Below, one piece after another: positions 25,196-34,983 of a DNA stretch of 56,619 nucleotides. The DNA lies in the NCBI GenBank assembly GCA_030665765.1, contig DAOUZE010000001.1, positions 1-56,619 on the forward strand. The letters are read 5' to 3'. Made by a program: the position numbers and the translations under genes. Position 1 is the stretch's first letter; each line of letters starts with the position of its first letter. The DNA comes from Filomicrobium sp. (GTDB lineage Bacteria > Pseudomonadota > Alphaproteobacteria > Rhizobiales > Hyphomicrobiaceae). The notes beneath the pieces were generated by a model. The model was not told the origin of the DNA and searched no databases. It saw only the letters and a program-made list of their open reading frames with translations.

Positions 25196-26842
25196 ATGAT
25201 TGGTAAAACGCATCGCAGCTTCGTAGTGAGCTTGGCCACGGGTGCCGCCTTGTTGGGCGCGGTATCTGCGGCACAGGCTCAAGACGCAAAACTGGCGCCC
25301 GTGCCGGAAATGTCGAAGGAAGCATTCGAAGAATCTAAGACACTCTATTTCCAGCGCTGTGCAGGTTGCCATGGCGTGTTGCGGAAAGGTGCGACGGGCA
25401 AGAGCCTGCTTCCCGATGAAACGCGCAAACTAGGTCAAAAGCGCCTCGAAAAGATCATCACGCTCGGCACCGAAGGCGGGATGAATAACTTTGATGACAT
25501 CCTGAACAAGGAGCAGATCAAGAACCTCGCAAGCTACATTCAGAACGAGCCGCCGGTTCCGCCGGAAATGTCGCTTGCGATGATGAAGGAACGCCGCAAA
25601 GTCTACGTGGACCCGAAGGATTACCCGGACAAACCCTTACACGGGCGTAACTGGGAAAACTTCTTCCTCGTGATCGAGCGTGACGTCGGCAAGGTTGCCA
25701 TCGTTGACGGTGACAAGCATGAAGTCGTCGCGCACGTCGACACAGGTTATGCGGTGCACGTGCTGAAAGGCACCGAGCATCACAAGAAAGAGAAGGTCGA
25801 GAACCCAGGCCGCTTCTGGTACACGATGGGTCGCGACGGCAAGCTGACCAAGATCGATCTGTGGCAGACGCCTGACAAAATGCGCGTGGCGGAAGTCCAG
25901 GTCGCATACGATGCCCGCGACGTCGCTGTCTCCGGTGATGGCAAGTACATTGCTGGTGGCGGTTACTGGCCGCCGCACTTCGTTATCGTCAGGTCGGAAG
26001 ACATGATGCCGATGAAGGTGATCTCCACGCGCGGCGTCAACGTCGACGGCGACTATATCAACGAAAGCCGCGTGGCTGCCGTCTACACGACGCCGAATGA
26101 ATCGAGCTTCCTTATATCGGCAAAAGAACTCGGGCAGATGTGGCAGGTCGACTATACCGACCTCGACAACCTGCGCATCACGCAGATGAACACCGCAAAG
26201 TTCCTGCATGATGGGTTCTTCGATCCGACCGGCCGCTACTTCCAGATCGCTGCCAACGCGTCCAACAAGATGGTCATCGTTGACAGCAAGGATTGGAAAG
26301 CGGAAGCCCTGATCGACGTCGGCAAGCTGCCGCACCCAGGACCAGGTGCCAACTGGAACGACGACAAGTGCGGACCTGTTGGCGGGACGACCCACCTGGG
26401 TGAAGGTAAAGTGGCTGTATGGGGCAATGATCCCGAAAAGCATGCCGATCAGGCCTGGAAGGTTTGCTACAATGTAGAATCCGACGGCCCCGGCCTGTTC
26501 ATCAGAACCCACCCGAATTCACCCTACGTCGTGTTTGATCAGACCAAGCATCCTGAGCCGGAAGTCCAGCAAGCCATTCAGGTTCTGGACAAGAAGACCC
26601 GGAAGATCGTCAAGACGCTTGTGCCGACCGAGGACGAAGGCAAGGTTGCCGTCCACATTGAATTCAACAAGGACGGCTCCGAGTTCTGGGTTTCCGTTTG
26701 GAACCGAAAAGACAGCTTGAAACCGAACGGCGAAATCGTCGTCTACGATTCCAAGACGCTGGAAGAGAAGACGCGCATTAAGGGCCTCTTCGCTCCAACT
26801 GGAAAATTCAACGTCTACAACCGCACGCATCACGTCACATAA
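25196..26842 (+). CDS. nirS: Cytochrome cd1 nitrite reductase, divergent clade
   Basis: Signal peptide, YFQRCAGCHGVLRKGATGK, TGYAVH, FLHDG, PHPG.GAN, THP, PTGKFNVYN. Confidence 0.95.
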   Translation: MIGKTHRSFVVSLATGAALLGAVSAAQAQDAKLAPVPEMSKEAFEESKTLYFQRCAGCHGVLRKGATGKSLLPDETRKLGQKRLEKIITLGTEGGMNNFDDILNKEQIKNLASYIQNEPPVPPEMSLAMMKERRKVYVDPKDYPDKPLHGRNWENFFLVIERDVGKVAIVDGDKHEVVAHVDTGYAVHVLKGTEHHKKEKVENPGRFWYTMGRDGKLTKIDLWQTPDKMRVAEVQVAYDARDVAVSGDGKYIAGGGYWPPHFVIVRSEDMMPMKVISTRGVNVDGDYINESRVAAVYTTPNESSFLISAKELGQMWQVDYTDLDNLRITQMNTAKFLHDGFFDPTGRYFQIAANASNKMVIVDSKDWKAEALIDVGKLPHPGPGANWNDDKCGPVGGTTHLGEGKVAVWGNDPEKHADQAWKVCYNVESDGPGLFIRTHPNSPYVVFDQTKHPEPEVQQAIQVLDKKTRKIVKTLVPTEDEGKVAVHIEFNKDGSEFWVSVWNRKDSLKPNGEIVVYDSKTLEEKTRIKGLFAPTGKFNVYNRTHHVT

Positions 26843-26859
26843 CGTGGCGGACGTCGAGC

Positions 26860-26888
26860 GGGCGGGCGGCACCTAAAGCCGCCCGCCC
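26860..26888 (+). terminator. GC-rich hairpin after nirS (mRNA-stabilising or partial terminator)
   Basis: Perfect 11-bp stem GGGCGGGCGGC/GCCGCCCGCCC with a 7-nt loop; no clear U-tract. Confidence 0.55.
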
Positions 26889-26963
26889 AGTCCTTACCTC
26901 TCTCTATACATGATGTCCCGCAAAGGTCCGTTGATCGGGACCGATGGCGCCAGGAGCAAGCAC

Positions 26964-28814
26964 ATGGCATCGGACGATAAGGGCAACGGCCCAAGCAATA
27001 GCGACTCGTCGGATAAGCCGACTTGGCGCGAATGGCAATATTGGAAACAGATGACCCTGTGGGGTGTTCCACTGACGGCTGTTGCAATATTTTTCGTTGC
27101 CGGCATCATCTTCTGGGGTGGCTTCAACACCGCCATGGAAGCGACGAACACGATGCCATTCTGCATCTCCTGTCACGAGATGAAGGAGAACGTCTACAAG
27201 GAATACAGTACAACGATCCACTACCAGAACAGGACCGGCGTTCAGGCTAAATGCTCGGACTGCCATGTTCCCGATCCGTGGATCCATAAAATGGTCCGCA
27301 AGATCCAGGCGTCCAACGAAGTCTTCCACCACCTGCTCGGCAGCATCGACACGCCTGAAAAATTCGATAAAAAACGGCTCACCCTAGCCAAGAATGTCTG
27401 GCACTCGATGAAGGCGACAGACAGCCGAGAATGCCGGAACTGTCACACCCTCGAATCGATGAACCCAGAGTTCCAGAAACCTCGCGCGCGCAAGCAGCAT
27501 TTGGCTGCCATGAAGGCTGGCAACACGTGCATCGATTGTCACAAGGGCATTGCGCATAAGAGTGTCCGCGACCAGCTCAGCGACGAGGAACTCGAGGAAC
27601 TTGAAGCACCGCTGAAGGCCTATGTTAAGGCCATTCCGGATACGTTTATCGAAGGCCTAAAGCGCGTTGAGGCGCGCGAAGCCGAGGAAGGGGCGAAAGC
27701 GCAGGAAGCGAAGGCCGCAGCCGACGCCGCTGTCGCCAAACGCATCGAAAGCGCCGTCGCAGCAGCCACAACCAAACTAGAAGCCGAAATTGCGGCAGCC
27801 AAATCCGAAGCGGGCGCACCCTCCGCGACCAAGGTCGCCGCCGATGGTACGGGTCCTGGAAGCTCAATCGACTGGAGCGGCATCCCCTCCAAAACGGTTT
27901 CGCTATTCTATCCTGGCCAGGCCTCATTCGAATGGGTTCAGAACGGTCGGGACCATGGCGGAGCGCGCGCATTCAGGAAGGCGGGCGATAGGTGCGCGGA
28001 GTGTCATGCCAAGGAAGTCAAGGACATGGGCGCGAAGATCGTATCGGGCGAGAAGGCGGAAGCAACACCGATCCCGAACAAGCGCGCATATGTCGATGTC
28101 GACGTGCAGTCCGCCTACGACGCCGAAAATCTCTACTTCCGGTTCAAGTGGCAAAACGGGGCCCACACGCCGGTGCCGTTCGTTGAAGGCGGCAAGATGG
28201 ATCCGGCCAATGAAACGAAACTCGCAGTTATGTTTGCCGGTGAAGGCGTCAAATATGGCGACCAGGCAGGGTGTTGGGTTTCGTGCCACAACGACAGCCG
28301 CTACATGCCCGACGCGCCGAAGCCCGAAGCATTGGCGGAGAGCCCGCACAAAGACGTAATCGACATGAAGGACGGCCTCACAAAGTATCTTGGGGAGAGC
28401 CGTACGAAGATCGAGATTAGAGGCCGCGGCGGCAAACCACGTGGAGGTGGCGACAAACTAAAGTCAGCAGATGAACTGGCCGAAATGAAGAACAATGGGG
28501 TCTTCATGGATCTCCTGCGATATCGCTCCGGCGAATCCGCCGAAAACGGATCAATCATGGCGGAGCGGCTAATGTCGGGCGGAGTTGAAACGACGGCGAC
28601 CGGCAAACGCGAGGGCGATACCTGGACAGTCGTCATTAGCCGGCCGTTGAAGTCGGATAAACCGGGCGACATCAGCATTGAACCGGGCAAGCTCTACACG
28701 ATGAGCATAGCTCTTCATGACGACTACACGTCCGCCCGCTTCCATCATGTCTCGCTGGAAATGCGGTTTGGAATCGAAGCCGCTGATGCCGAGATCGTCG
28801 CCGTGAAACAGTAA
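26964..28814 (+). CDS. nirT: NirT (NapC-family tetraheme) fused to a NirB-like cytochrome c552 domain
   Basis: TM helix, FWGGFNTAMEATN, CISCH, CSDCH, CRNCH, CIDCH, Ala/Glu/Lys linker, LFYPGQASFEW, CAECH, GCWVSCH; RBS AGGAG before ATG 26964. Confidence 0.88.
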   Translation: MASDDKGNGPSNSDSSDKPTWREWQYWKQMTLWGVPLTAVAIFFVAGIIFWGGFNTAMEATNTMPFCISCHEMKENVYKEYSTTIHYQNRTGVQAKCSDCHVPDPWIHKMVRKIQASNEVFHHLLGSIDTPEKFDKKRLTLAKNVWHSMKATDSRECRNCHTLESMNPEFQKPRARKQHLAAMKAGNTCIDCHKGIAHKSVRDQLSDEELEELEAPLKAYVKAIPDTFIEGLKRVEAREAEEGAKAQEAKAAADAAVAKRIESAVAAATTKLEAEIAAAKSEAGAPSATKVAADGTGPGSSIDWSGIPSKTVSLFYPGQASFEWVQNGRDHGGARAFRKAGDRCAECHAKEVKDMGAKIVSGEKAEATPIPNKRAYVDVDVQSAYDAENLYFRFKWQNGAHTPVPFVEGGKMDPANETKLAVMFAGEGVKYGDQAGCWVSCHNDSRYMPDAPKPEALAESPHKDVIDMKDGLTKYLGESRTKIEIRGRGGKPRGGGDKLKSADELAEMKNNGVFMDLLRYRSGESAENGSIMAERLMSGGVETTATGKREGDTWTVVISRPLKSDKPGDISIEPGKLYTMSIALHDDYTSARFHHVSLEMRFGIEAADAEIVAVKQ

Positions 28815-28864
28815 TGGGGTCATGCGCCGTAAAGGCTCATGTCGGAATTGAGGAGAAACTGCAC

Positions 28865-29305
28865 ATGTCAGCTCTCAATCTGAAACGCCTCACCGCATCA
28901 GCGTGTATGGCAATTGCCTTGGGAATCACCGGTTACTCCAATGCGTCTGCCGGGACCAATGAAGAGCAAACCAAGATCTGCAAGAAGGCGGACGAGCGCT
29001 ACAAGAAGCTCTACGGCAAGTCGATGGCCGACGAGCCGGTGCAGATTATCGCAATGTACAAATACACTTTCTGTCCGCCGAAGCTCGACATCAAGCGCGG
29101 CAGCAAAGTGCGCTTCATTAATCTAGACAAACGCACAAGCCACAGCTTCTGGTTCCGCGATGCCGGAAAGCCTGAATCCGACCGATTTTTTGGCGGTGAA
29201 GGCACCGAGATCGAGATCGATCTTGAGCCTGGCGACCACAGAGTTCTGTGCGGGCCACATTGGGAAAGAGAGGGGATGATCGGCGAGATTACGGTCACGC
29301 CGTAG
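28865..29305 (+). CDS. Periplasmic type 1 blue-copper protein (cupredoxin)
   Basis: Signal peptide, F.P..L.IK.G.KVRFIN.D...HS, CGPHWEREGMIG.I.V; RBS GAGGAG. Confidence 0.8.
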   Translation: MSALNLKRLTASACMAIALGITGYSNASAGTNEEQTKICKKADERYKKLYGKSMADEPVQIIAMYKYTFCPPKLDIKRGSKVRFINLDKRTSHSFWFRDAGKPESDRFFGGEGTEIEIDLEPGDHRVLCGPHWEREGMIGEITVTP

Positions 29306-29419
29306 TATAGCGGCCGGCAGGTGTTTCTCGTGCGGGCCAATAGAAGTCGTTCGATGCTGGCGAGCTTGCCTCGCCCAAAAACTCTAAGCAGCCTAATCTC
29401 ATAGACAAAGAGCATATTC

Positions 29420-30259
29420 ATGTACAGACCGCCGAGCCTACGGGAAAACGCATCGGGAATACCAACCGGGTTCGTCTACCTCGTTGGTGCCGGCCCCGGT
29501 GACCCGGATCTTTTGACCGTCAAAGCTATGAGGCTTCTCTCGGAAGCCGAGGTCATCGTTTACGACAGGCTGGTGTCGGACGCGGTTCTTTCGTTGGCAA
29601 ATCCGCAAGCTCGCATGATCCCCGTCGGCAAGAAGCCCAAATGCCATCCCGTCCCTCAGCAGGACATCAACAAGATCCTCATAGAACAGGCCTGGACCGG
29701 GCGCACGACCGTCCGCCTAAAGGGCGGCGACCCTTTCATATTCGGACGCGGATCCGAAGAAGCGCTGGCACTTAGATCTGCGGGTATCCGATGCGAAGTG
29801 GTTCCAGGGATTACCGCCGCGCAGGGTTGTGCCGCAAGTCTCGGCATCCCGTTGACCCATCGCGGTCTGGCAACCGGTGTTCGGTTCATCACTGGCCATT
29901 GCCGCCAGGATCAACCGCTCGAATTTGACTGGGACGGCCTTGCAGATAAGCAGACTACGCTCGTGGTCTACATGGGCGCAGCCAACATTGCGGAGATCTC
30001 CAAACGGCTCGTTGAGGCGGGATTGCCCGTATCGACCCCCGTCTTGGCAGTTAATAACGGTACCACACCACGCGAACGGCGCGTCGTCTCCGATCTCGAT
30101 ACGATGCCATCGGCAACCGCAAGGGCCAACTTCGAAGGCCCGGTTTTGTTCATCATCGGCGATGTCGTCTCACTTTATGCGAACCGGGAGGTCTGCCCCA
30201 TCGTGAACCAGGTCATTGCATTGGCGTCAGCCGATTCCGTGGCAACCGTCCATGCCTAA
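29420..30259 (+). CDS. nirE: Uroporphyrinogen III methyltransferase
   Basis: VYLVGAGPGDPDLLT, YDRLV, RLKGGDPFIFGRG.EE, VVPGITAA. Confidence 0.93.
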   Translation: MYRPPSLRENASGIPTGFVYLVGAGPGDPDLLTVKAMRLLSEAEVIVYDRLVSDAVLSLANPQARMIPVGKKPKCHPVPQQDINKILIEQAWTGRTTVRLKGGDPFIFGRGSEEALALRSAGIRCEVVPGITAAQGCAASLGIPLTHRGLATGVRFITGHCRQDQPLEFDWDGLADKQTTLVVYMGAANIAEISKRLVEAGLPVSTPVLAVNNGTTPRERRVVSDLDTMPSATARANFEGPVLFIIGDVVSLYANREVCPIVNQVIALASADSVATVHA

Positions 30260-30587
30260 CGCGTATTTTAAACGGATCCTATTTTTGGTACTTATTTCGA
30301 TGGCGCAGGCCTGGCCGGCCATCGCCGAAACCACTTCACCAGCCCGCGCTAATGAACTGGAACGTCTTGTTCGCCAGGATTGCGGATCTTGCCACGGTAT
30401 GACGCTCAAAGGCGGCCTTGGACCTGATATTCGCGCAACGGCTCTTGATGGTGCCGACGCCGAGGCGATCGCGCAGATCATTCTCAATGGTGTTCCAGGT
30501 ACACCCATGCCGCCCTGGCGCCCGCTGATGAGCGAGGACGATGCGCGTTGGATCGCAAACTACCTATTGACGGTGCCTGATCCATGA
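30252..30587 (+). CDS. nirC: Small monoheme cytochrome c55X
   Basis: QDCGSCHGMTLKGGLGP, GTPMPPW. Confidence 0.9.
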   Translation: MPNAYFKRILFLVLISMAQAWPAIAETTSPARANELERLVRQDCGSCHGMTLKGGLGPDIRATALDGADAEAIAQIILNGVPGTPMPPWRPLMSEDDARWIANYLLTVPDP

Positions 30588-31768
30588 AACATTTCTTTAG
30601 CGGACTTTTCATACTCGCGCTGGCGATCGTCATTACCGGAACCCTGTACGCCGACGATACAGATTTGCGCGGCACGGGCGACTTGGGCATTATTATTGAG
30701 CGCGCAACGGGCTCCCTACTCATCATCGACTCGACGACACGAACAACAGTTAACCGTGTCGTGGGGCTGGGCGATCTATCGCACGCCTCGGCGGTCTTTT
30801 CGCGGGATGCCCGCTTCGCGTTTATATTTGGTCGCGATGGCGGTCTCACTAAAGTCGACCTGCTAACCGGGACCATTGCCGGTCGCGTCTTACAGGCGGG
30901 CAATGCGATCGGAGGCGCGATTTCCGATGATGGCACGCTCGTTGCCGTGTCGAACTACAAGCCAGGCGGCGTCCGCGTTTTCGATGTCGAGACGCTGGCA
31001 CCCGTGGCTGATATCCCCGCGCAATGGTCTGGCGGACAATCGAAAACAGTCGGCCTTGTCGATGCCCCGGGGCGCAAGTTCGTGTTCACGCTGTGGGACG
31101 CCGGCGAAACATGGATCGCAGATTTTTCCAAAGGCAATCAACCACAGGTTACCAAGTTCGCTGACATCGGTGACCGTCCCTATGATGCCCTCATAACTGG
31201 CGATGGCCGGCACTACATTGCCGGTTTGTATGGCGAAGATGGCTTGGCACTCATCGACCTTTGGGCGGAGCCCTTGCAGCCGCGGCGCATCCTCAACGGT
31301 TACGGTCGCGGTGAGGAGAAGCTGCCGGTCTATAAGATGCCCCACCTCGAAGGATGGGCGCTTGCCGGAGATCGTTTCGTGCTACCTGCCGTCGGCCGTC
31401 ACGAGATACTTTGGGTCGATAGAAAAAGCTTTGCGGAAGCCGGACGAACAGAGGTTCATGGTCAACCCGTATTCGCTGTCGCGCGTCCCGATGGCCGACA
31501 CGTCTGGGTCAACTTCGCTCATCCCGACAATGACACGATACAGGTTATCGACAGTCTCACCGGTAAGATCATCAAGCAATGGAAACCTGGCCCGGCGGTC
31601 TTGCACATGGAGTTCACGGCACGCGGTCACGAAGTCTGGGTGTCGGTCCGCGACGCTGACGTGGTGCAAGTCTATGATGCTCGGACATTCCAAAAGAAGG
31701 CGGAGATTCCCGCGAAGAGTCCGAGTGGAATCTTTCTGACATCCCGGGCGCACAAAACAGGATTGTGA
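30584..31768 (+). CDS. nirF: Heme d1 biosynthesis beta-propeller protein
   Basis: LRGTGDLG.IIER, GLGDLSHAS, LPVYKMPHLEGW, VLHMEFT, PSGIF...RA...GL. Confidence 0.93.
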   Translation: MKHFFSGLFILALAIVITGTLYADDTDLRGTGDLGIIIERATGSLLIIDSTTRTTVNRVVGLGDLSHASAVFSRDARFAFIFGRDGGLTKVDLLTGTIAGRVLQAGNAIGGAISDDGTLVAVSNYKPGGVRVFDVETLAPVADIPAQWSGGQSKTVGLVDAPGRKFVFTLWDAGETWIADFSKGNQPQVTKFADIGDRPYDALITGDGRHYIAGLYGEDGLALIDLWAEPLQPRRILNGYGRGEEKLPVYKMPHLEGWALAGDRFVLPAVGRHEILWVDRKSFAEAGRTEVHGQPVFAVARPDGRHVWVNFAHPDNDTIQVIDSLTGKIIKQWKPGPAVLHMEFTARGHEVWVSVRDADVVQVYDARTFQKKAEIPAKSPSGIFLTSRAHKTGL

Positions 31769-31771
31769 GAC

Positions 31772-32773
31772 ATGGACAGGGACGTTCGAGACACTGTGGA
31801 TGAGCAGCTGCTGGAGAATTGGCAACGCGGCATGCCGATCGTTCGTCAGCCGTTTGCAGAGATGTCAAAGGCTCTCGGCATTGACGAATCCGCACTCCTT
31901 GAGCGCCTTGAGAGGCTACAGGCGCTCGGCATTATTGCCCGGGTCGGCGGTGTCGTGCGGCCCAACACCTTGGGCGCTAGCACACTTGCGGCGGTTGCTG
32001 CGCCGGATCTAGAAGTCGATGATGTTGCAGGCATCATTGCTGCCGAACCCGGTATCAATCACGTCTATCTACGCGAGAACGACTGGAACCTTTGGTTCGT
32101 CGCTACAGGACCAAATCGCGATGACGTTGATGCAACTCTGCAACGGATCTCTGAGAAGACTGGTCGCCACGTGCTCGATCTGCGGCTCGAAAAACCCTAC
32201 CATATCGATCTTGGCTTTGCCCTGACAGGGGCCGAGAGCCAGCAACATGAGATTCAATCAACAGCGGGCCTACAAAAATACGAGCCCCAACCCGGCGACC
32301 GAGAGCTGGCACAATGTCTGACGAACGGATTGCCGCTGGTTACCCGGCCATTCGAGGCAATCGCAGCTCAGGTTGACCGGCCGGAGGATGAGGTCATCGC
32401 ACGCGTCAATGAGCTTTGCGATGTGAGTGTTTTTCCAAGGATCGGCGTGATTGTCCGGCATCGAGCGCTCGGCTGGCGTTCCAATGCGATGGTGATCTGG
32501 GATATTCCGGCTAACGATGTCGACCGAGCAGGAGCAGCTTTAGCCGCCGCCCCCGGGGTCAATCTCTGTTATAGGCGCACCCGTCATCCACGCGAATGGC
32601 CCTTCAATCTGTACTGTATGATCCACGCAAAAACGCGGGATGAGGCATTGCGGCTGCTGCAGCACGCGTCCGAGTCCGCCGGGCTTGAACACACTCCTCG
32701 CTTGATACTTTTCTCGCTGCGCTGTTTCAAACAGACAGGCGCCTTGGTCGCACCAGACAAGGAGGCTGCATGA
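31772..32773 (+). CDS. nirD: Siroheme decarboxylase NirD-NirL fusion
   Basis: Two AsnC-like repeats: STLAA...NHVYLRE..WNLWFV and NAM..W...CYRR...WPFNLYCMIH. Confidence 0.88.
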   Translation: MDRDVRDTVDEQLLENWQRGMPIVRQPFAEMSKALGIDESALLERLERLQALGIIARVGGVVRPNTLGASTLAAVAAPDLEVDDVAGIIAAEPGINHVYLRENDWNLWFVATGPNRDDVDATLQRISEKTGRHVLDLRLEKPYHIDLGFALTGAESQQHEIQSTAGLQKYEPQPGDRELAQCLTNGLPLVTRPFEAIAAQVDRPEDEVIARVNELCDVSVFPRIGVIVRHRALGWRSNAMVIWDIPANDVDRAGAALAAAPGVNLCYRRTRHPREWPFNLYCMIHAKTRDEALRLLQHASESAGLEHTPRLILFSLRCFKQTGALVAPDKEAA

Positions 32774-33249
32774 TGTTGCAAAGCAAACCAAATCCTCCGA
32801 TTGCTCTTGATGAGCTAGACCGGAAAATCATCAACCGCCTGCAGGACGCCTTTCCTCTCGTTCCAAATCCTTTTGCTCGGGTCGCCCTCCAAATAGGTTG
32901 CACCGAACAGGATCTGATCGATCGGGTGACGCGGCTGCGTGATCAAGGCGTCTTCACGCGTTTCGGTCCCTTCCTTGATGCAGCTGCGATTGGTGGTGAC
33001 TTTTGCTTGTGCGCGATGTCGGTGCCAACCGAACGCTTCGACGAGGTCGCTGAATTCGTTAACGGCCACCCAGAAGTCGCTCACAATTACGAACGCGCTC
33101 ATGCGTTCAATATGTGGTTCGTTCTGGCGACCGAGACCGAGCAGGAAATCGGCGCAACGGCGAACGCGATCGAGCAGGAAACGGGACTTTCAGTCGCTCG
33201 TTTTCCAAAGCTCGAGGAATACTTCATTGGTTTCAGGGTGGCGGCTTAA
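32770..33249 (+). CDS. nirG: Siroheme decarboxylase subunit NirG
   Basis: LDRKIIN.LQ..FP, RFGP, VAHNYER.H..NMWFV, PK.EEYFIG. Confidence 0.88.
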   Translation: MMLQSKPNPPIALDELDRKIINRLQDAFPLVPNPFARVALQIGCTEQDLIDRVTRLRDQGVFTRFGPFLDAAAIGGDFCLCAMSVPTERFDEVAEFVNGHPEVAHNYERAHAFNMWFVLATETEQEIGATANAIEQETGLSVARFPKLEEYFIGFRVAA

Positions 33250-33251
33250 GC

Positions 33252-33755
33252 ATGTCTGAAAATGCAACAATACTGGACCCGATCGACCGCAAGCTGATCG
33301 AAGCAACACAAGCGGGATTGCCGATCGCACATCGTCCTTACGCCGAGATTGCACGCCGAGTAGAGCTAACGGAAGCCGATGTTATCGCTCGTTTGGAGCA
33401 ATTAATCCGTTGCGGCGTTGTTCGGCGCATCGCAGCCGCCCCCAATCATTACGCACTCGGTATGATGGCAAACGGAATGACGGTTTGGGACATAGCTGAC
33501 GAGTTCGTATCCGAGATCGGTCGTGACGTGGGCGCGCTTCCTTTCGTCACGCACTGCTATCGTAGACCGCGCGCACTTCCGGCGTGGCCCTACAACCTGT
33601 TCGCGATGGTGCACGGGACGTCTCGGGCTGAAGTTGAAGTCAAACGAGCAGAGATCTCTCGGTTAGTTAATTCAGTGTGCCGCGGGTCGGATATCCTCTA
33701 TTCCAAACGCATTTTGAAAAAGACGGGACTCCGATTGTCCCAAAATGGAGGCTGA
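33252..33755 (+). CDS. nirH: Siroheme decarboxylase subunit NirH
   Basis: [49 protein letters not shown]. Confidence 0.9.
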   Translation: MSENATILDPIDRKLIEATQAGLPIAHRPYAEIARRVELTEADVIARLEQLIRCGVVRRIAAAPNHYALGMMANGMTVWDIADEFVSEIGRDVGALPFVTHCYRRPRALPAWPYNLFAMVHGTSRAEVEVKRAEISRLVNSVCRGSDILYSKRILKKTGLRLSQNGG

Positions 33756-33759
33756 GACT

Positions 33760-34983
33760 ATGTTCCGCCTATCCCATTATATGCAGCAGCTCCTCCGCCC
33801 AACGCCACCGCGCCGCCGCTCGGGGCCGATCCGCCCGGTCGTGATCTGGAACCTCACGCGCCGCTGTAATCTGAAGTGCAGGCATTGCTACGCGGTGGCG
33901 GCCGATCATCATTTTCCCGGCGAGCTAACAAGCACCGAGGCGGTCACCGTGTTGGACGATCTGGCCGCATTCAAGATTCCAGCGTTGATCCTCTCCGGCG
34001 GCGAACCACTGTCCCGTCCCGATACTCTGAACCTCGCGCGGCGTGCCAAATCGCACGGGCTCTACACTGCGTTGTCGACAAACGGAACTCCGATCAACGG
34101 CCGGTACGCCGACCAAATAGCAGAAATCGGTTTCGATTACGTCGGCATAAGTCTCGACGGTATCGGGGCCACCAATGACTGGTTCCGCGGTCAGGCGGGA
34201 GCATTTGAGGCGGCGCTCGCCGGTGTCCGAGCCTGCAAGGCCAGGGGGGTAAAGGTCGGCTTGCGCTTCACGGCGACCAACGACAACGTCGAGCAGCTTC
34301 CTGAATTGCTGGCTTTGGCGAAGGATGAAGGCGTCGAAAAATTCTATCTCTCACACCTCGTCTACGCCGGCCGTGGCAACAAGCACCGCACCGACGACAC
34401 TGACGGATCAGTGACACGAACGGCCCTCGACTTACTCATCGCACGCGCCTGGGATGCGGTTCAGAACGGCGAGAATTTCGAGATCGTGACCGGTAACAAT
34501 GACGCCGATGCAGTCTATTTTCTGCGCTGGGCCGAGGCCCGGTTCTCCGCGGATACGGTTGCGCATCTGCGTGACCATCTCGAGGCCTGGGGGGGCAATT
34601 CATCGGGCTCGGGTGTTGCAAATATCGATACCCAAGGTGTCGTTCATCCAGACACCTATTGGTCCGATTACGCGATCGACAGCGTCCGCAAGCGTCCATT
34701 TAGCGAGATCTGGCAAGACCTGTCGGACCCCATGCTTGCAGCACTGCGCACCCGGCCGCGGCCGTTGAAAGGGCGCTGTGGTGCCTGTACCTATAAATCG
34801 GTTTGCGGCGGTAACACGCGCATACGCGCTCTGCAGTTGACTGGCGATCCCTGGGAAGCCGACCCGGCCTGCTACTTGAGTGATAACGAGATTGGCGTAG
34901 AAACTTCTGACGCCATGACGGCCCCGGCCCCGCTCACCCCCTTCAGAGGCCAGAGCCATGATCCCACGCATCGCTTCGTTTAG
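33760..34983 (+). CDS. nirJ: Heme d1 biosynthesis radical SAM enzyme
   Basis: [55 protein letters not shown]. Confidence 0.95.
   Translation: MFRLSHYMQQLLRPTPPRRRSGPIRPVVIWNLTRRCNLKCRHCYAVAADHHFPGELTSTEAVTVLDDLAAFKIPALILSGGEPLSRPDTLNLARRAKSHGLYTALSTNGTPINGRYADQIAEIGFDYVGISLDGIGATNDWFRGQAGAFEAALAGVRACKARGVKVGLRFTATNDNVEQLPELLALAKDEGVEKFYLSHLVYAGRGNKHRTDDTDGSVTRTALDLLIARAWDAVQNGENFEIVTGNNDADAVYFLRWAEARFSADTVAHLRDHLEAWGGNSSGSGVANIDTQGVVHPDTYWSDYAIDSVRKRPFSEIWQDLSDPMLAALRTRPRPLKGRCGACTYKSVCGGNTRIRALQLTGDPWEADPACYLSDNEIGVETSDAMTAPAPLTPFRGQSHDPTHRFV

Noticed and set aside
29366-29379. Possible NNR box TTGCC-TCGC-CCAAA before nirE, and TTAAC-ACAC-GTCGG at 13181
   Set aside because: One half-site is poor in each case; too weak to support without data.
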